DNA of 60,691 nt, from NCBI GenBank assembly GCA_964603935.1, contig CAZRWL010000004.1, forward strand, positions 1-60,691, in the 5' to 3' direction. This document shows, piece after piece, positions 1 through 8,817 of this stretch. The notes beneath the pieces are model-generated. The model ran no database searches. It worked only from the letters and a program-made list of their open reading frames with translations, and was not told where the DNA came from. A program made the position numbers and the translations under genes. This DNA is from an uncultured Gammaproteobacteria bacterium. GTDB taxonomy: Bacteria; Patescibacteriota; Microgenomatia; Levybacterales; UBA12049. Numbering within the stretch: the stretch's first letter is position 1; every line of letters begins with the position of its first letter.

Positions 1-361
1 TTGCGCCACTCTCTCCACTCAGTTAGACCTTAATTCTTAATCATTGATAATTAATCCTTAGTCCATCGCTCCTCTCCACCCTAACCCTGACAGCGTCGTA
101 ATTTAGGTTGATTTATCAGTCTAAACTCGCGATTTTAGCCTCAAAAACACGTCATTTAGCGCATTCGTATTTTATTCTCTGGAATCCGTTTGCGATTGCC
201 GCAGCAGAGCATTACGGATTCTTGAGTCCGCCGAATATTCGCACTTCATGCCGTATTCGAATAGAATTGAAAAGGCATGAAGTAAGAGTAAGGCGGACGC
301 TATGAAAGAACGAGGTAAGCGATGTACTGTTGTGAAAATTCCCGCAGAACCTCGTGAAAAG

Positions 362-370
362 TTATCCACA
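362..370 (+). promoter_or_regulatory. Perfect DnaA box TTATCCACA in the ~420-bp non-coding left end
   Basis: Exact consensus 9-mer; a 1-mismatch box (TGTGAAAAT) lies at ~331-339. Function is not provable from this window. Confidence 0.45.
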
Positions 371-428
371 TTTAAGTCCTATAATATTTTAATCCCGTGT
401 ATCAAACTATATCAAGCGCTTCCCTTCC

Positions 429-1262
429 CTACGGAGCTTTGAGGCTGAGTGTCGCGAACAGCAGAAGAACAAAAAATGACACCCAAACATATCCCCACAC
501 TACATTTTTAAACAATCTTCTATCAAGCCATACTTGGGACAGCCCAATAAACACATAGAAAAACCCCGCCAGAAAAATTCCTATTAACATGGGGACTGCC
601 GGCCAAAACCAAACCGCCAAAGCCAGCTCAGCCGAACAAACAGTTAGCAAAAATATCCACAATAAGTTTGAAATGAGCTTACCATCCAAGGTATGAGTCC
701 AGAACGAATGCAGAATAAGCGGAAATGAAAGAGCAATAATCAAAAATAGTGTCAAAAAAACATTTGCATGCAAAGAAAAAATGACGTTTGAAAGAAAAAG
801 ATAAGTGAGAATAGTTATCACAAAAGACACTGTTCTGGCTGATGACAGCAATGCAATCGTCCTAATGGAAGAAACAATAAAGATATTCTCCGAAAGAAGC
901 AGTGAGTACAAGCCTATCGCATATACTAAAGTCATACCTATTCTTATTGCTAATCTAGCAGGAAACAAAAAATAGAACAATGCGCAGGCAAGGCTGTAGA
1001 AAAATGGAAGAATAAAAATTTGAGGCGAGAAATTATCTTTAATGTCTTTCTTTACCGCCCAGAAAATAAAAATATCAGTCAAAACAGAAAGCAAAATTGC
1101 AGCATACGCTCCTCTTTTTCCAAATAACTGTTCCGAAGAAAAAAGTATCAAGGATAATACTGCGACGCTGATAATAAATTTTTGTCTTTTTGGTATGTCA
1201 AAAAGAAGATCTTTCTTTTTCTTAATTTTGCGCCAAATTTGAATAAACTTTTTGAACATCAT
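429..1262 (-). CDS. Polytopic membrane protein of unknown function (DUF5656-like)
   Basis: 277-aa ORF with about 8-9 hydrophobic segments, directly downstream of yebC; start uncertain (overlaps the yebC 3' end). Confidence 0.7.
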   Translation of the reverse strand: MMFKKFIQIWRKIKKKKDLLFDIPKRQKFIISVAVLSLILFSSEQLFGKRGAYAAILLSVLTDIFIFWAVKKDIKDNFSPQIFILPFFYSLACALFYFLFPARLAIRIGMTLVYAIGLYSLLLSENIFIVSSIRTIALLSSARTVSFVITILTYLFLSNVIFSLHANVFLTLFLIIALSFPLILHSFWTHTLDGKLISNLLWIFLLTVCSAELALAVWFWPAVPMLIGIFLAGFFYVFIGLSQVWLDRRLFKNVVWGYVWVSFFVLLLFATLSLKAP

Positions 1263-1950
1263 CCAACTCCCCTATTTTGTTTAAAAAATTAATAACTTTT
1301 TGCGATTTTTCCGGGTCTGAAATAACAATTGGACTTAGCGGTTTTTGAATAACTTCAGCCTTTTCTACGGCTATGCCTTTCTCAAGAAGGCGTTCCCGAA
1401 CAGAAAACAAATCGGCATAAGCAGTCTCAATAACTGCTTTATCTCCGGCATCTTCTATATCCTCCGCCCCGCTGGCAACAGCAATTTCAAAAAGCTCGTC
1501 TATTGTTTTTCCTTTTTTGTCCGCAACTATTTTGCCTACTTGGGAAAAAAGATACGCAACGGAACCCGGCTGACCAAAATTTCCGCCTTCTTTATTGAAT
1601 AGACTTTTTATTTCGCTGGTTGTCCGCAAAGTATTGTCTGTAGCAGCTTCGATAATTACGCTTACGCCCTCCGGAGCAAATCCCTCATAAAGCACTTCTT
1701 GCACCTCGCCCGTGTCCTTACCGACAGCTCTTTGAATCGCCCGCTCAATATTATCCTTGGGCATATTTACGGTTTTTGCTTCTTCGATCGCCAATCTCAA
1801 CCTAAAATTACTATCCGGGTCTGTAATTCCCCCACCTTGCTTAATCGCAATTGTTATGGCATTTGAGATCTTGGTAAAAGTAAGGCCTCTTTTGAGGTCT
1901 GCAGCTCCTTTTGCTCTTTTTATTGTAGCCCATTTTGAGTGTCCGGACAT
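1222..1950 (-). CDS. yebC: YebC/PmpR family protein
   Basis: Hallmark N-terminus MSGHSKWATIKR, NFRLRLAI, NMPKDNIERAI, YEGFAP, LDDVQKVYSN; TATAAT just upstream of the ATG at 1950. Confidence 0.96.
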   Translation of the reverse strand: MSGHSKWATIKRAKGAADLKRGLTFTKISNAITIAIKQGGGITDPDSNFRLRLAIEEAKTVNMPKDNIERAIQRAVGKDTGEVQEVLYEGFAPEGVSVIIEAATDNTLRTTSEIKSLFNKEGGNFGQPGSVAYLFSQVGKIVADKKGKTIDELFEIAVASGAEDIEDAGDKAVIETAYADLFSVRERLLEKGIAVEKAEVIQKPLSPIVISDPEKSQKVINFLNKIGELDDVQKVYSNLAQN

Positions 1951-2027
1951 AAGCTTAATTATACTTTCTGCCGTTGACTTTTGCAAGAAAACATAGTATC
2001 ATATTGTGCACATAACTACATCCGCAA

Positions 2028-2741
2028 ATGACCTTATTAAAAGACAAAGCGATTCAAGCAATGCTTTTAGGTGAATGGCAAAACGCGATAAAACTTAACA
2101 AGGCTCTTCTACGTGAAAATCCAAGCGACATCGACGCGCTAAACCGTCTGGCGTATGCTTTCACGACTTTGGGCAGGATAAAAGATGCCAAATCTACTTA
2201 TAAAAAAGTCTTAAAATTAGACGCTCTTAATCAAATCGCCATAAGAAATATCAAGAAAATAACAGGCTTAAATAATCGAATCAACGAAAATACAAGCTCT
2301 ACCCAGCATCTCAACAATATTTTCCTTGAAGAAACAGGAAAAACAAAAATAATCTCTCTTGTAAATACGGCCCAACCAAAGGTTATTGCTCTTCTAACAA
2401 TAGGCCAGCCTGTTGCAATTGCCATAAAACGATCGAGAATATTCATTCAAAATCAAAATAATCGATATTTGGGAGTATTGCCTGATGATATAGGCAAAAG
2501 ACTTATTAAGCTCATAAAAGGCGGTAACAAATATGCAGCTTGCGTCAAGTCAGCAGGAGACACAAATGTTTCTGTTTTTATAAAAGAAGCTAAAAGAGCT
2601 GCAAGATACAAAAACCAGCCTTCTTTTCTGCAAATATCGGACAGCGATCTGAGTTTGCCAAAGGGAAAAACAAGAAATCAAAAAGAGTTTGGAGAGGAAG
2701 ACGACGAAAAAAATTATTTATTGGACGCGGAAGGGTCTTGA
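2028..2741 (+). CDS. TPR-repeat protein with C-terminal HIRAN-like domain
   Basis: TPR pattern (DIDALNRLAYAFTTLGRIKDAKSTYKKVLKLD), then YLGVLPDDIGKRL; acidic tail. Confidence 0.75.
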   Translation: MTLLKDKAIQAMLLGEWQNAIKLNKALLRENPSDIDALNRLAYAFTTLGRIKDAKSTYKKVLKLDALNQIAIRNIKKITGLNNRINENTSSTQHLNNIFLEETGKTKIISLVNTAQPKVIALLTIGQPVAIAIKRSRIFIQNQNNRYLGVLPDDIGKRLIKLIKGGNKYAACVKSAGDTNVSVFIKEAKRAARYKNQPSFLQISDSDLSLPKGKTRNQKEFGEEDDEKNYLLDAEGS

Positions 2742-2875
2742 AATACGATTCTTCCCTTCGAAAGCTTTTTCTTTGCTTGGCGAATAGCCGACTCATCACT
2801 AAGACTCTTAAGCGAAATCACAGAAAGTATTACTGACACAAAACCTATCAAAATGATTACATGCCAAATATTCAT
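2714..2875 (-). CDS. Small single-TM protein, 53 aa (not in ORF track)
   Basis: Own translation: MNIWHVIILIGFVSVILSVISLKSLSDESAIRQAKKKLSKGRIVFQDPSASNK*; starts 12 bp after the upstream stop and fills the gap. Confidence 0.6.
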   Translation of the reverse strand: MNIWHVIILIGFVSVILSVISLKSLSDESAIRQAKKKLSKGRIVFQDPSASNK

Positions 2876-2887
2876 AAACAATAAGTG

Positions 2888-3691
2888 TTAAAACGGCGAA
2901 GCACCCGCTTTGTCCTCTCCTATTGTTATAGTAATATCGGAAACTGCATTGCTGCTTTCTTTAACGCTTTTATATTTTAACATTTTAGTTAACTTTTTAA
3001 CCGTATAAGTTTCTTTATCAGTATAGAAAATTTCGGATGTTTTTATAGGACTATCCGATGTCGCAACAATTATAACATTTCCGCCCATATTCGTAATAAG
3101 TCTCGCCAGTCTATTTCCAAAACCAACCACGTCCGTTCCATTGATAATCCGTATTGTTTGACTGTCTCTTTCCATTAACTCATCGCTAACTTGCCTTCCG
3201 ACAATTTTATCCGCTTCTGCCGCGCTTAAATTTTGCGCAATTTCTCTCACGTTGATTTCGCTATCTTTAACGCTTCGGGCGAAAAACGAGAGCCTTAAAA
3301 GGTCTATGATTGTTAGGTTTGTTTGCAGATTATTGTAATTTAAAATCGCTTTTAAGAAAAACGCGGAGTTATTCTGATTCATATCCAAAGAGTTTGAAAC
3401 TATAAATCCATTGATGGGAACTTTCAGGAATTTTCCGGCATTGGCAAACTCAATGCTCTTATTTAATTTAAAAATTGCGATGGTTTTTTCGCCTGGAGAC
3501 AACGACATAACCTTAACGCTCCTATTATCCGAAACGCTGATGGTGAATCTTCCAAAATCGTCAAACTGACCGGCTCTTACAACCAATATAATCTTAAAAA
3601 TCAAAGAGATTCCGGCAATCACTGCAAGAAATATAAGGAAAACAATAGCAATCTTCGTATTACTAGCAACTGCTTCTTTTTGTTTTCTCAT
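2888..3691 (-). CDS. Membrane-anchored LytR C-terminal domain protein
   Basis: N-terminal TM; IRIINGTDVVGFGNRLARLITNMGGNV and DITITIGED match LytR_C. Confidence 0.78.
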   Translation of the reverse strand: MRKQKEAVASNTKIAIVFLIFLAVIAGISLIFKIILVVRAGQFDDFGRFTISVSDNRSVKVMSLSPGEKTIAIFKLNKSIEFANAGKFLKVPINGFIVSNSLDMNQNNSAFFLKAILNYNNLQTNLTIIDLLRLSFFARSVKDSEINVREIAQNLSAAEADKIVGRQVSDELMERDSQTIRIINGTDVVGFGNRLARLITNMGGNVIIVATSDSPIKTSEIFYTDKETYTVKKLTKMLKYKSVKESSNAVSDITITIGEDKAGASPF

Positions 3692-3695
3692 AGGC

Positions 3696-3842
3696 CTAGA
3701 AGTCTTTGCGCTTTTTCTCGATTATCTTGGGCATAGAAAAAGTAGGAGCGCCCATCCCTACAGACATAGAAGAGATATTTTTTGAATCTTTTTTCTTCTT
3801 TTTCTTTTCCCCCTTATAAAATCCTCCCATCCCACCACCCAT
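3696..3842 (-). CDS. Small Lys-rich protein, 48 aa (not in ORF track)
   Basis: MGGGMGGFYKGEKKKKKKDSKNISSMSVGMGAPTFSMPKIIEKKRKDF*; strong SD GGAGGTGA upstream; stop 4 bp before the next ATG. Confidence 0.7.
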   Translation of the reverse strand: MGGGMGGFYKGEKKKKKKDSKNISSMSVGMGAPTFSMPKIIEKKRKDF

Positions 3843-3927
3843 AATAAAATTTCACCTCCTCTGCAAAGCAGAACTAATAATTAATATTATCTCAATAATC
3901 CAACACAAAAATCAAGAATTAAAGGCA

Positions 3928-4185
3928 TTATCTATAAACTCCCTGCCTATGTTCAACCTTTATTATCTCCAATATGCTTAATTCTTTATTAAATTCATAA
4001 ATGATTCTATAGTCTCCAACTCTAAATTTATAATAACCAGCAAGATCTCCATGCAATTTTATTCCTAAATTAGGATTTTGCTTTATCTTATCAAAGGCTT
4101 CATCTATTTTATTTTGAATTCGCAGGGGAAGTTTCGAGATTTTTCTGTTAGTCTTTTTAGGAAGAATAAGTGTTTTAGCGGGCAT
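3928..4185 (-). CDS. RelE/ParE family toxin
   Basis: KLHGDLAGYYKFRVGDYRIIY...HRQGVY; overlaps the antitoxin; non-ATG start uncertain. Confidence 0.9.
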   Translation of the reverse strand: MPAKTLILPKKTNRKISKLPLRIQNKIDEAFDKIKQNPNLGIKLHGDLAGYYKFRVGDYRIIYEFNKELSILEIIKVEHRQGVYR

Positions 4186-4450
4186 TTCTTTTCTTAAGTT
4201 GTTTCCTGAACTCTTCCAAAGTTATATACTTTCCTTCAGCAATCTCCTTCTCAGCTTCCCTAATATCATCCATGGAATTCTCAAGTGTATAAATTGTCTC
4301 CTCCATTGATTCTAAATATTCGGGAGACACAATCGTAGCTTTAATTTTCCCCTTTTTTGTAATGTCCACACGGGAATAATCCTCGTTAACTTGATCAACG
4401 AGTTTTAGAAGATCGCGTCTTGCTTGAGTAACAGGAATTGTTTGAATCAT
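4175..4450 (-). CDS. Phd/YefM family antitoxin
   Basis: IPVTQARRDLLKLVDQV...ITKKGK...YLESMEETI; palindrome TATGTA-N9-TACATA (4460-4480) in its promoter. Confidence 0.9.
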   Translation of the reverse strand: MIQTIPVTQARRDLLKLVDQVNEDYSRVDITKKGKIKATIVSPEYLESMEETIYTLENSMDDIREAEKEIAEGKYITLEEFRKQLKKRNAR

Positions 4451-4487
4451 ATATTTATATATGTATTCTCAGTGTACATAATTCCGC

Positions 4488-5228
4488 TCACATTGTCAAG
4501 ATGATGCTTAAAAAATTTTTTAAATCTTCCGGCAGGGGGCTTTCGAAGCTTAAAAGATCGTTTGTTCGGGGATGGTGAAAGGAGATTTTGGAGGCGTGGA
4601 GGAAAATCCGCGGTAATAATTTCCTGTCGTTCCTGCCTGTTTTTCTTCCCGCATACAAAGGGTCTGCGAAAATAGGATGATGAATGTATTGCAAATGCAC
4701 TCTTATCTGATGCGTCCTCCCCGTCTTCGGATAAAGCTCCACCAAACTCAAACTCTCTTGGAAATTTGAAATTTGAAATTTGAAATTTGAAATTACGCGG
4801 TAACGCGTAACGGACTCCCGTCCGTCCGCGATAACTCCGAATCTTTTTCTATTCCACGGCAGTCTTCCCACGGCAACATTTATCTCTCCTATCGCAGACT
4901 CTATTTTCCCGTGGGCCAAAGCAATGTAAGTTTTCTGCACTTTTCTTTCCTTAAATTGAGACTGAAGATTTACGAAACTTTCAGGATTTTTGGCAACCAA
5001 AAGAATTCCCGAAGTCTCTTTATCCAAACGATGCACAATCCCCGCTCTTTTATAAAAATCCGATTCCCTATCAATTGAAAATTGAAAATTGAAAATTGAA
5101 AATTTTTCCTCCACCCAATCCTGCACCGTCATCAAATCTTTTGTTGTGTCTGCCCTATTCACAATCATCCCCGCAGGCTTGTCCAAAACCAACAAATCCC
5201 CGTCCTCAAAAATAACCTTCATCTCCAT
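4488..5228 (-). CDS. RluA/RluD family pseudouridine synthase (no S4 domain) with two in-frame 7-mer arrays
   Basis: LDKPAGM, GIVHRLDKETSG, TGRTHQIRVH, LHA motifs. Confidence 0.94.
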   Translation of the reverse strand: MEMKVIFEDGDLLVLDKPAGMIVNRADTTKDLMTVQDWVEEKFSIFNFQFSIDRESDFYKRAGIVHRLDKETSGILLVAKNPESFVNLQSQFKERKVQKTYIALAHGKIESAIGEINVAVGRLPWNRKRFGVIADGRESVTRYRVISNFKFQISNFQESLSLVELYPKTGRTHQIRVHLQYIHHPIFADPLYAGRKTGRNDRKLLPRIFLHASKISFHHPRTNDLLSFESPLPEDLKNFLSIILTM

Positions 5229-5297
5229 GTTTAAAATAATACCATAAATCAATTTGTCCTTGACTTAACAATCTGGATTTTGTATGCTCTCCTTGAT

Positions 5298-5807
5298 ATG
5301 GTAACGTCTAAAGAAACACAACCGGATATAACATCAAGAACGGAACGCGGATATTTATTTTCGGAGGGAAGAGGGGGAGGCGCAAAAAGAGTTATTGATA
5401 GTGCAAGAAAATTGGCAAATAAACTACGAAGTCCAGTAATCAATACCGGTCATATTTTATGGGCAATCGCTGATAATCCAGATAATCTAGGCAGTGAACG
5501 CCTTCAGGAAAAAGGAGTACCGCTACATTCGCTTCGAAAAAATTTACGTGCCCACTTATTCCATAACCACAAATTGGAGGACGATGGCCACAATGAAGGT
5601 AAGGAATTTAGCCAATCAGCACAAAATACGCTTAAGTTAGCTCAGGAGGAAGCCATGAGAAGGAACGGTCATCGCCTCATTAACACTTATGATTTATTAT
5701 TAGGAATTATCCAAGATGGCACAGCGTCTCCGAATATTGGAACAAAAGTATTAGATGAAATCCCAACCCGAAAAGGCAAATTTTCCCTTCACATAGATTA
5801 TCGATAA
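5298..5807 (+). CDS. Stand-alone Clp N-terminal (repeat) domain protein 1
   Basis: AKRVIDSARKLA...INTGHILWAI and FSQSAQNTLKLAQEEA...INTYDLLLGII; promoter TTGACT-17-TATGCT at 5260-5288. Confidence 0.8.
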   Translation: MVTSKETQPDITSRTERGYLFSEGRGGGAKRVIDSARKLANKLRSPVINTGHILWAIADNPDNLGSERLQEKGVPLHSLRKNLRAHLFHNHKLEDDGHNEGKEFSQSAQNTLKLAQEEAMRRNGHRLINTYDLLLGIIQDGTASPNIGTKVLDEIPTRKGKFSLHIDYR

Positions 5808-5831
5808 TTCTCCTATAACTCATAGAGCTGT

Positions 5832-6308
5832 ATGGCAGGACAAGAACAAAGATCACTTGCTGAAAGACTTGGAACATTTAATTTTTCAGAAGAAGCAAGA
5901 CAAGCTTTGGAATTCGCAATCGGAAAAGGACGCAATTTTGGATATATAGAGACAACCCACATTCTGCTGGGATTACTTAATAATCCGGGTAACAAAGCGT
6001 GCAAATTACTTCTTACCAAACGCGATCTAAATTTGCAAACCATAAAAGCCAACGTTGATTTTTTGCTTGAACACGAAAAAAGAGATTTGTCTAAGGATAC
6101 TCCAATAAATTTTACTCCAAGAGCAAAAAACGCGGTACTCTTTGCGCTAACAGAAGCTGCAAAAGAAGATAATCAAGGAACTATCGACACTCATCATCTT
6201 CTATTTGGGCTCTTATCGGACAGAAATGCAATAGCTACGGTATTGCTTGAACCCTATGGAATTACACAAGAAAACCTGACAGAACTAAGGAAAATGACAA
6301 AACCTTGA
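5832..6308 (+). CDS. Stand-alone Clp N-terminal domain protein 2
   Basis: FSEEARQALEFA...IETTHILLGLL and FTPRAKNAV...IDTHHLLFGLL; no AAA+ module. Confidence 0.88.
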   Translation: MAGQEQRSLAERLGTFNFSEEARQALEFAIGKGRNFGYIETTHILLGLLNNPGNKACKLLLTKRDLNLQTIKANVDFLLEHEKRDLSKDTPINFTPRAKNAVLFALTEAAKEDNQGTIDTHHLLFGLLSDRNAIATVLLEPYGITQENLTELRKMTKP

Positions 6309-6345
6309 CTTAAAACATATAAAATTATAGAATTGTCAAATCATT

Positions 6346-6780
6346 ATGCAACCAAAAGAAGCAGATCGAACTCAACCTACAGCAATTTTTCTACAACCCG
6401 GCTTATATTCAGCCCTTGTGGAATCTGCAAGAGCTAACGGCAGAAATGCTATAACTACCATAGATATTCTTTGGCTACTTATAGGTAATCCTGAGGCAAG
6501 CGAAATATTGGAAACTGCAGGCATAAACATAAAGAGAGTTCAAGGCTTAATAGAAAAAGATCATTCCCTGCTAAGCTTACAGGCTCCAATTTTTTGGAAT
6601 AAATTTACAAGAAGCGCTCATCACACATTAGCTGAAATTGCGAAAAATCGTCCGCAGGGTAACAGAGAGCTTTCTCTAGCAGATATCGCATCAGGAATAA
6701 TTAAGCCAAATTCTGTGCCAAGCGTAGCTAAAAGCACATTATTTTTTGCAGGACTTAAACATGGAACAATAGCTTCTTAA
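6346..6780 (+). CDS. Degenerate Clp N-terminal domain protein 3
   Basis: ARANGRNAITTIDILWLL...EILETAGI and KFTRSAHHTL; promoter TTGACT-17-TAGAAT at 6305-6333. Confidence 0.65.
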   Translation: MQPKEADRTQPTAIFLQPGLYSALVESARANGRNAITTIDILWLLIGNPEASEILETAGINIKRVQGLIEKDHSLLSLQAPIFWNKFTRSAHHTLAEIAKNRPQGNRELSLADIASGIIKPNSVPSVAKSTLFFAGLKHGTIAS

Positions 6781-7453
6781 TCCTTCCAATCCACCCCTCT
6801 TGTCTGGCCAGAAAAGCGATTGATGAAATAAGCATTGCAATAAGAATTACGTTTTCGGGAATGAGCATAGGGGCTGTAAAATTATTTACCAAAGAAATAG
6901 TGGAGAAACTGATTAAAAACAACAGTGCTATATTCCCCTCTTTAAGTTTGCCGTTCAAAAGCCGGGGCAAAAGAAATCTTAAAAAGACTATAAACAAAAC
7001 AAAATAGACCGCGACCAAACTGACTGCTCTTTGGATAGTAAATCCGTTTTCGGAAAACATAAAATATCCCAGAAAGCCAATTGGAAGCGTAACCGAAAAT
7101 GCAATCGAGAAAAAATCAGCCATTCTTCCCAAAGGCAATGGATCTTTTTTACGGCTTCGTAAAAATAAGAACCCTGCTCCTGCCCCCGCCACTCCTCCCA
7201 AAAGAGACAGCCCCGGAAAATACGGAAACAATAAAAAAATAAATAAATTGGATAAGATGTTTTTCTCATGAAATATTCCATAAAAAAGTCTTGCGAAAAA
7301 AAGACAAGAAAGACTCCCTAAGAAAATTATGTTAAAAAGTTTTTCCATTGTTACGTCTTTCCGCAGAAAAATAAAATCATCCTGAGCCAATAAATAAACG
7401 CAGTATAAAAAAATAAAAAAACAAATTAAAAGAACAAGAATGAAAAATTGCAT
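6755..7453 (-). CDS. Lgt-like (prolipoprotein diacylglyceryl transferase family) membrane protein, divergent
   Basis: FARLFY, GLSLLGG, ADFFS...IGFLG pattern; multi-TM. Confidence 0.6.
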   Translation of the reverse strand: MQFFILVLLICFFIFLYCVYLLAQDDFIFLRKDVTMEKLFNIIFLGSLSCLFFARLFYGIFHEKNILSNLFIFLLFPYFPGLSLLGGVAGAGAGFLFLRSRKKDPLPLGRMADFFSIAFSVTLPIGFLGYFMFSENGFTIQRAVSLVAVYFVLFIVFLRFLLPRLLNGKLKEGNIALLFLISFSTISLVNNFTAPMLIPENVILIAMLISSIAFLARQEGWIGRIKKLLFHV

Positions 7454-7474
7454 ATTAAACCAAGTTTGACTTGG

Positions 7475-8776
7475 CTAAAATTTAATCAAAAATAAATAAT
7501 ACATGCTCAAGATCACCATAATAACTCCAACGCTTGCAATTACCGCTCCTACCCCTAACAAATCAGCCAACCCTCCGGCAAGAACAACAGGCAGGAAAGA
7601 AACCGCTCCTACCAAAGAATTCAAAAGTCCATACATTCTTCCTCTCATATCCTCGCCGGTCTCAATTTGAATGGTTGTGTTGGACGGAATAAAAACAAAC
7701 GAATTCGAAAAACCAATAACAAAAGCAAGAACCACAATAATATGTAAAATATTTATATCCAAAATGTTAGGCAGAAAATTATTCAGACTTTGCACAAATC
7801 CATAAGAAGCAACACGGCTTGTGAATGGCAGCAGAATAAAAATGATTCCCGTAATCATAAATCCAATCGCGCTTAAACATCTATGATTAAACTTCTTACC
7901 TATGCTTCCCAGAAAAAAAGCTCCAAGCCCCAATCCCAGACCTGCCGGAGCAATAAGTATCCACGAAAGACTTTCAAGCGGCGCTTGAAGTATTGTCGTG
8001 ACATAACCTGGAGCAAGTACCGCAAACATGAAAATTATAGCTTGAGCTATAGTCAGCATAACAAGGGCATGCATAACTTTTCGGGCTTTCCTTATAAAGG
8101 AAAATATTTCTCTTGTCTCTTTGGCAATTGAAAAATTGTTAAAGAAAGACAATTTATCTTTGGGCGCTTCTTTTTTTCCATTGACAAGTTTAACTAAGAT
8201 AACAAAAAGAGCGCTAACAAGAAAAAGTAAGCCGAGAAAAATAATAGTGTTGGTCTCGCCAAACAAAAGAAGCATGGGTCCCGCAAATACATAGCCTATC
8301 AATGTGCTTGCGTATATTCCGAATGCAAACACCGCATTTGCCGGCATAAGAAGATGTTTAGGAACTAATTGCGGAATAATTGCGGATTCAGCGGGAATAA
8401 AAAATTGCGTAGCAACAGCAATCAAAAAAGTAAGAAAGTATATTAATCCCAGATGCAAATCCGGAATCAGAAACGGCAAAATAAGCAGTCCTCTGATTAA
8501 ATTTGTATACACCAACACTTTTTTCTTGTTCCACCTGTCTACGTATACACCCGTAATAACGCTAAATATTACTGCGGGAATCATAAACGAAAGAATCATT
8601 CCGGATACGGCGGTATTTGAGCGGGTAATATTGTAAATTATGAAAATTAAGACAAAATGCTGCATGTTGAAAGCCAGCTGGGAGAAAAATTCGGAAAGCA
8701 TCATCAGAAGAAACGGTTTTATTGCCAGAACTTGAAGAATATTGTTCCCCAGAACTCGCTTTTTAACAACATCCAT
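7475..8776 (-). CDS. MFS transporter (DHA3/MefA-like)
   Basis: GVYVDRWNKKKVL motif A, PAESAIIPQLV, MRGRMYG; about 12 TM. Confidence 0.92.
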   Translation of the reverse strand: MDVVKKRVLGNNILQVLAIKPFLLMMLSEFFSQLAFNMQHFVLIFIIYNITRSNTAVSGMILSFMIPAVIFSVITGVYVDRWNKKKVLVYTNLIRGLLILPFLIPDLHLGLIYFLTFLIAVATQFFIPAESAIIPQLVPKHLLMPANAVFAFGIYASTLIGYVFAGPMLLLFGETNTIIFLGLLFLVSALFVILVKLVNGKKEAPKDKLSFFNNFSIAKETREIFSFIRKARKVMHALVMLTIAQAIIFMFAVLAPGYVTTILQAPLESLSWILIAPAGLGLGLGAFFLGSIGKKFNHRCLSAIGFMITGIIFILLPFTSRVASYGFVQSLNNFLPNILDINILHIIVVLAFVIGFSNSFVFIPSNTTIQIETGEDMRGRMYGLLNSLVGAVSFLPVVLAGGLADLLGVGAVIASVGVIMVILSMYYLFLIKF

Positions 8777-8817
8777 AACTATTCATTCTACCAACTATTC
8801 TAAGAGAATTACAAGCT

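Noticed and set aside
1-20. Possible tRNA 5' end on the minus strand (GAGAGAG TGGCGCAA)
   Set aside because: Only about 15 nt are visible, so a cloverleaf cannot be tested.
300-428. oriC
   Set aside because: Only one perfect DnaA box and no dnaA/dnaN in the window; insufficient evidence.
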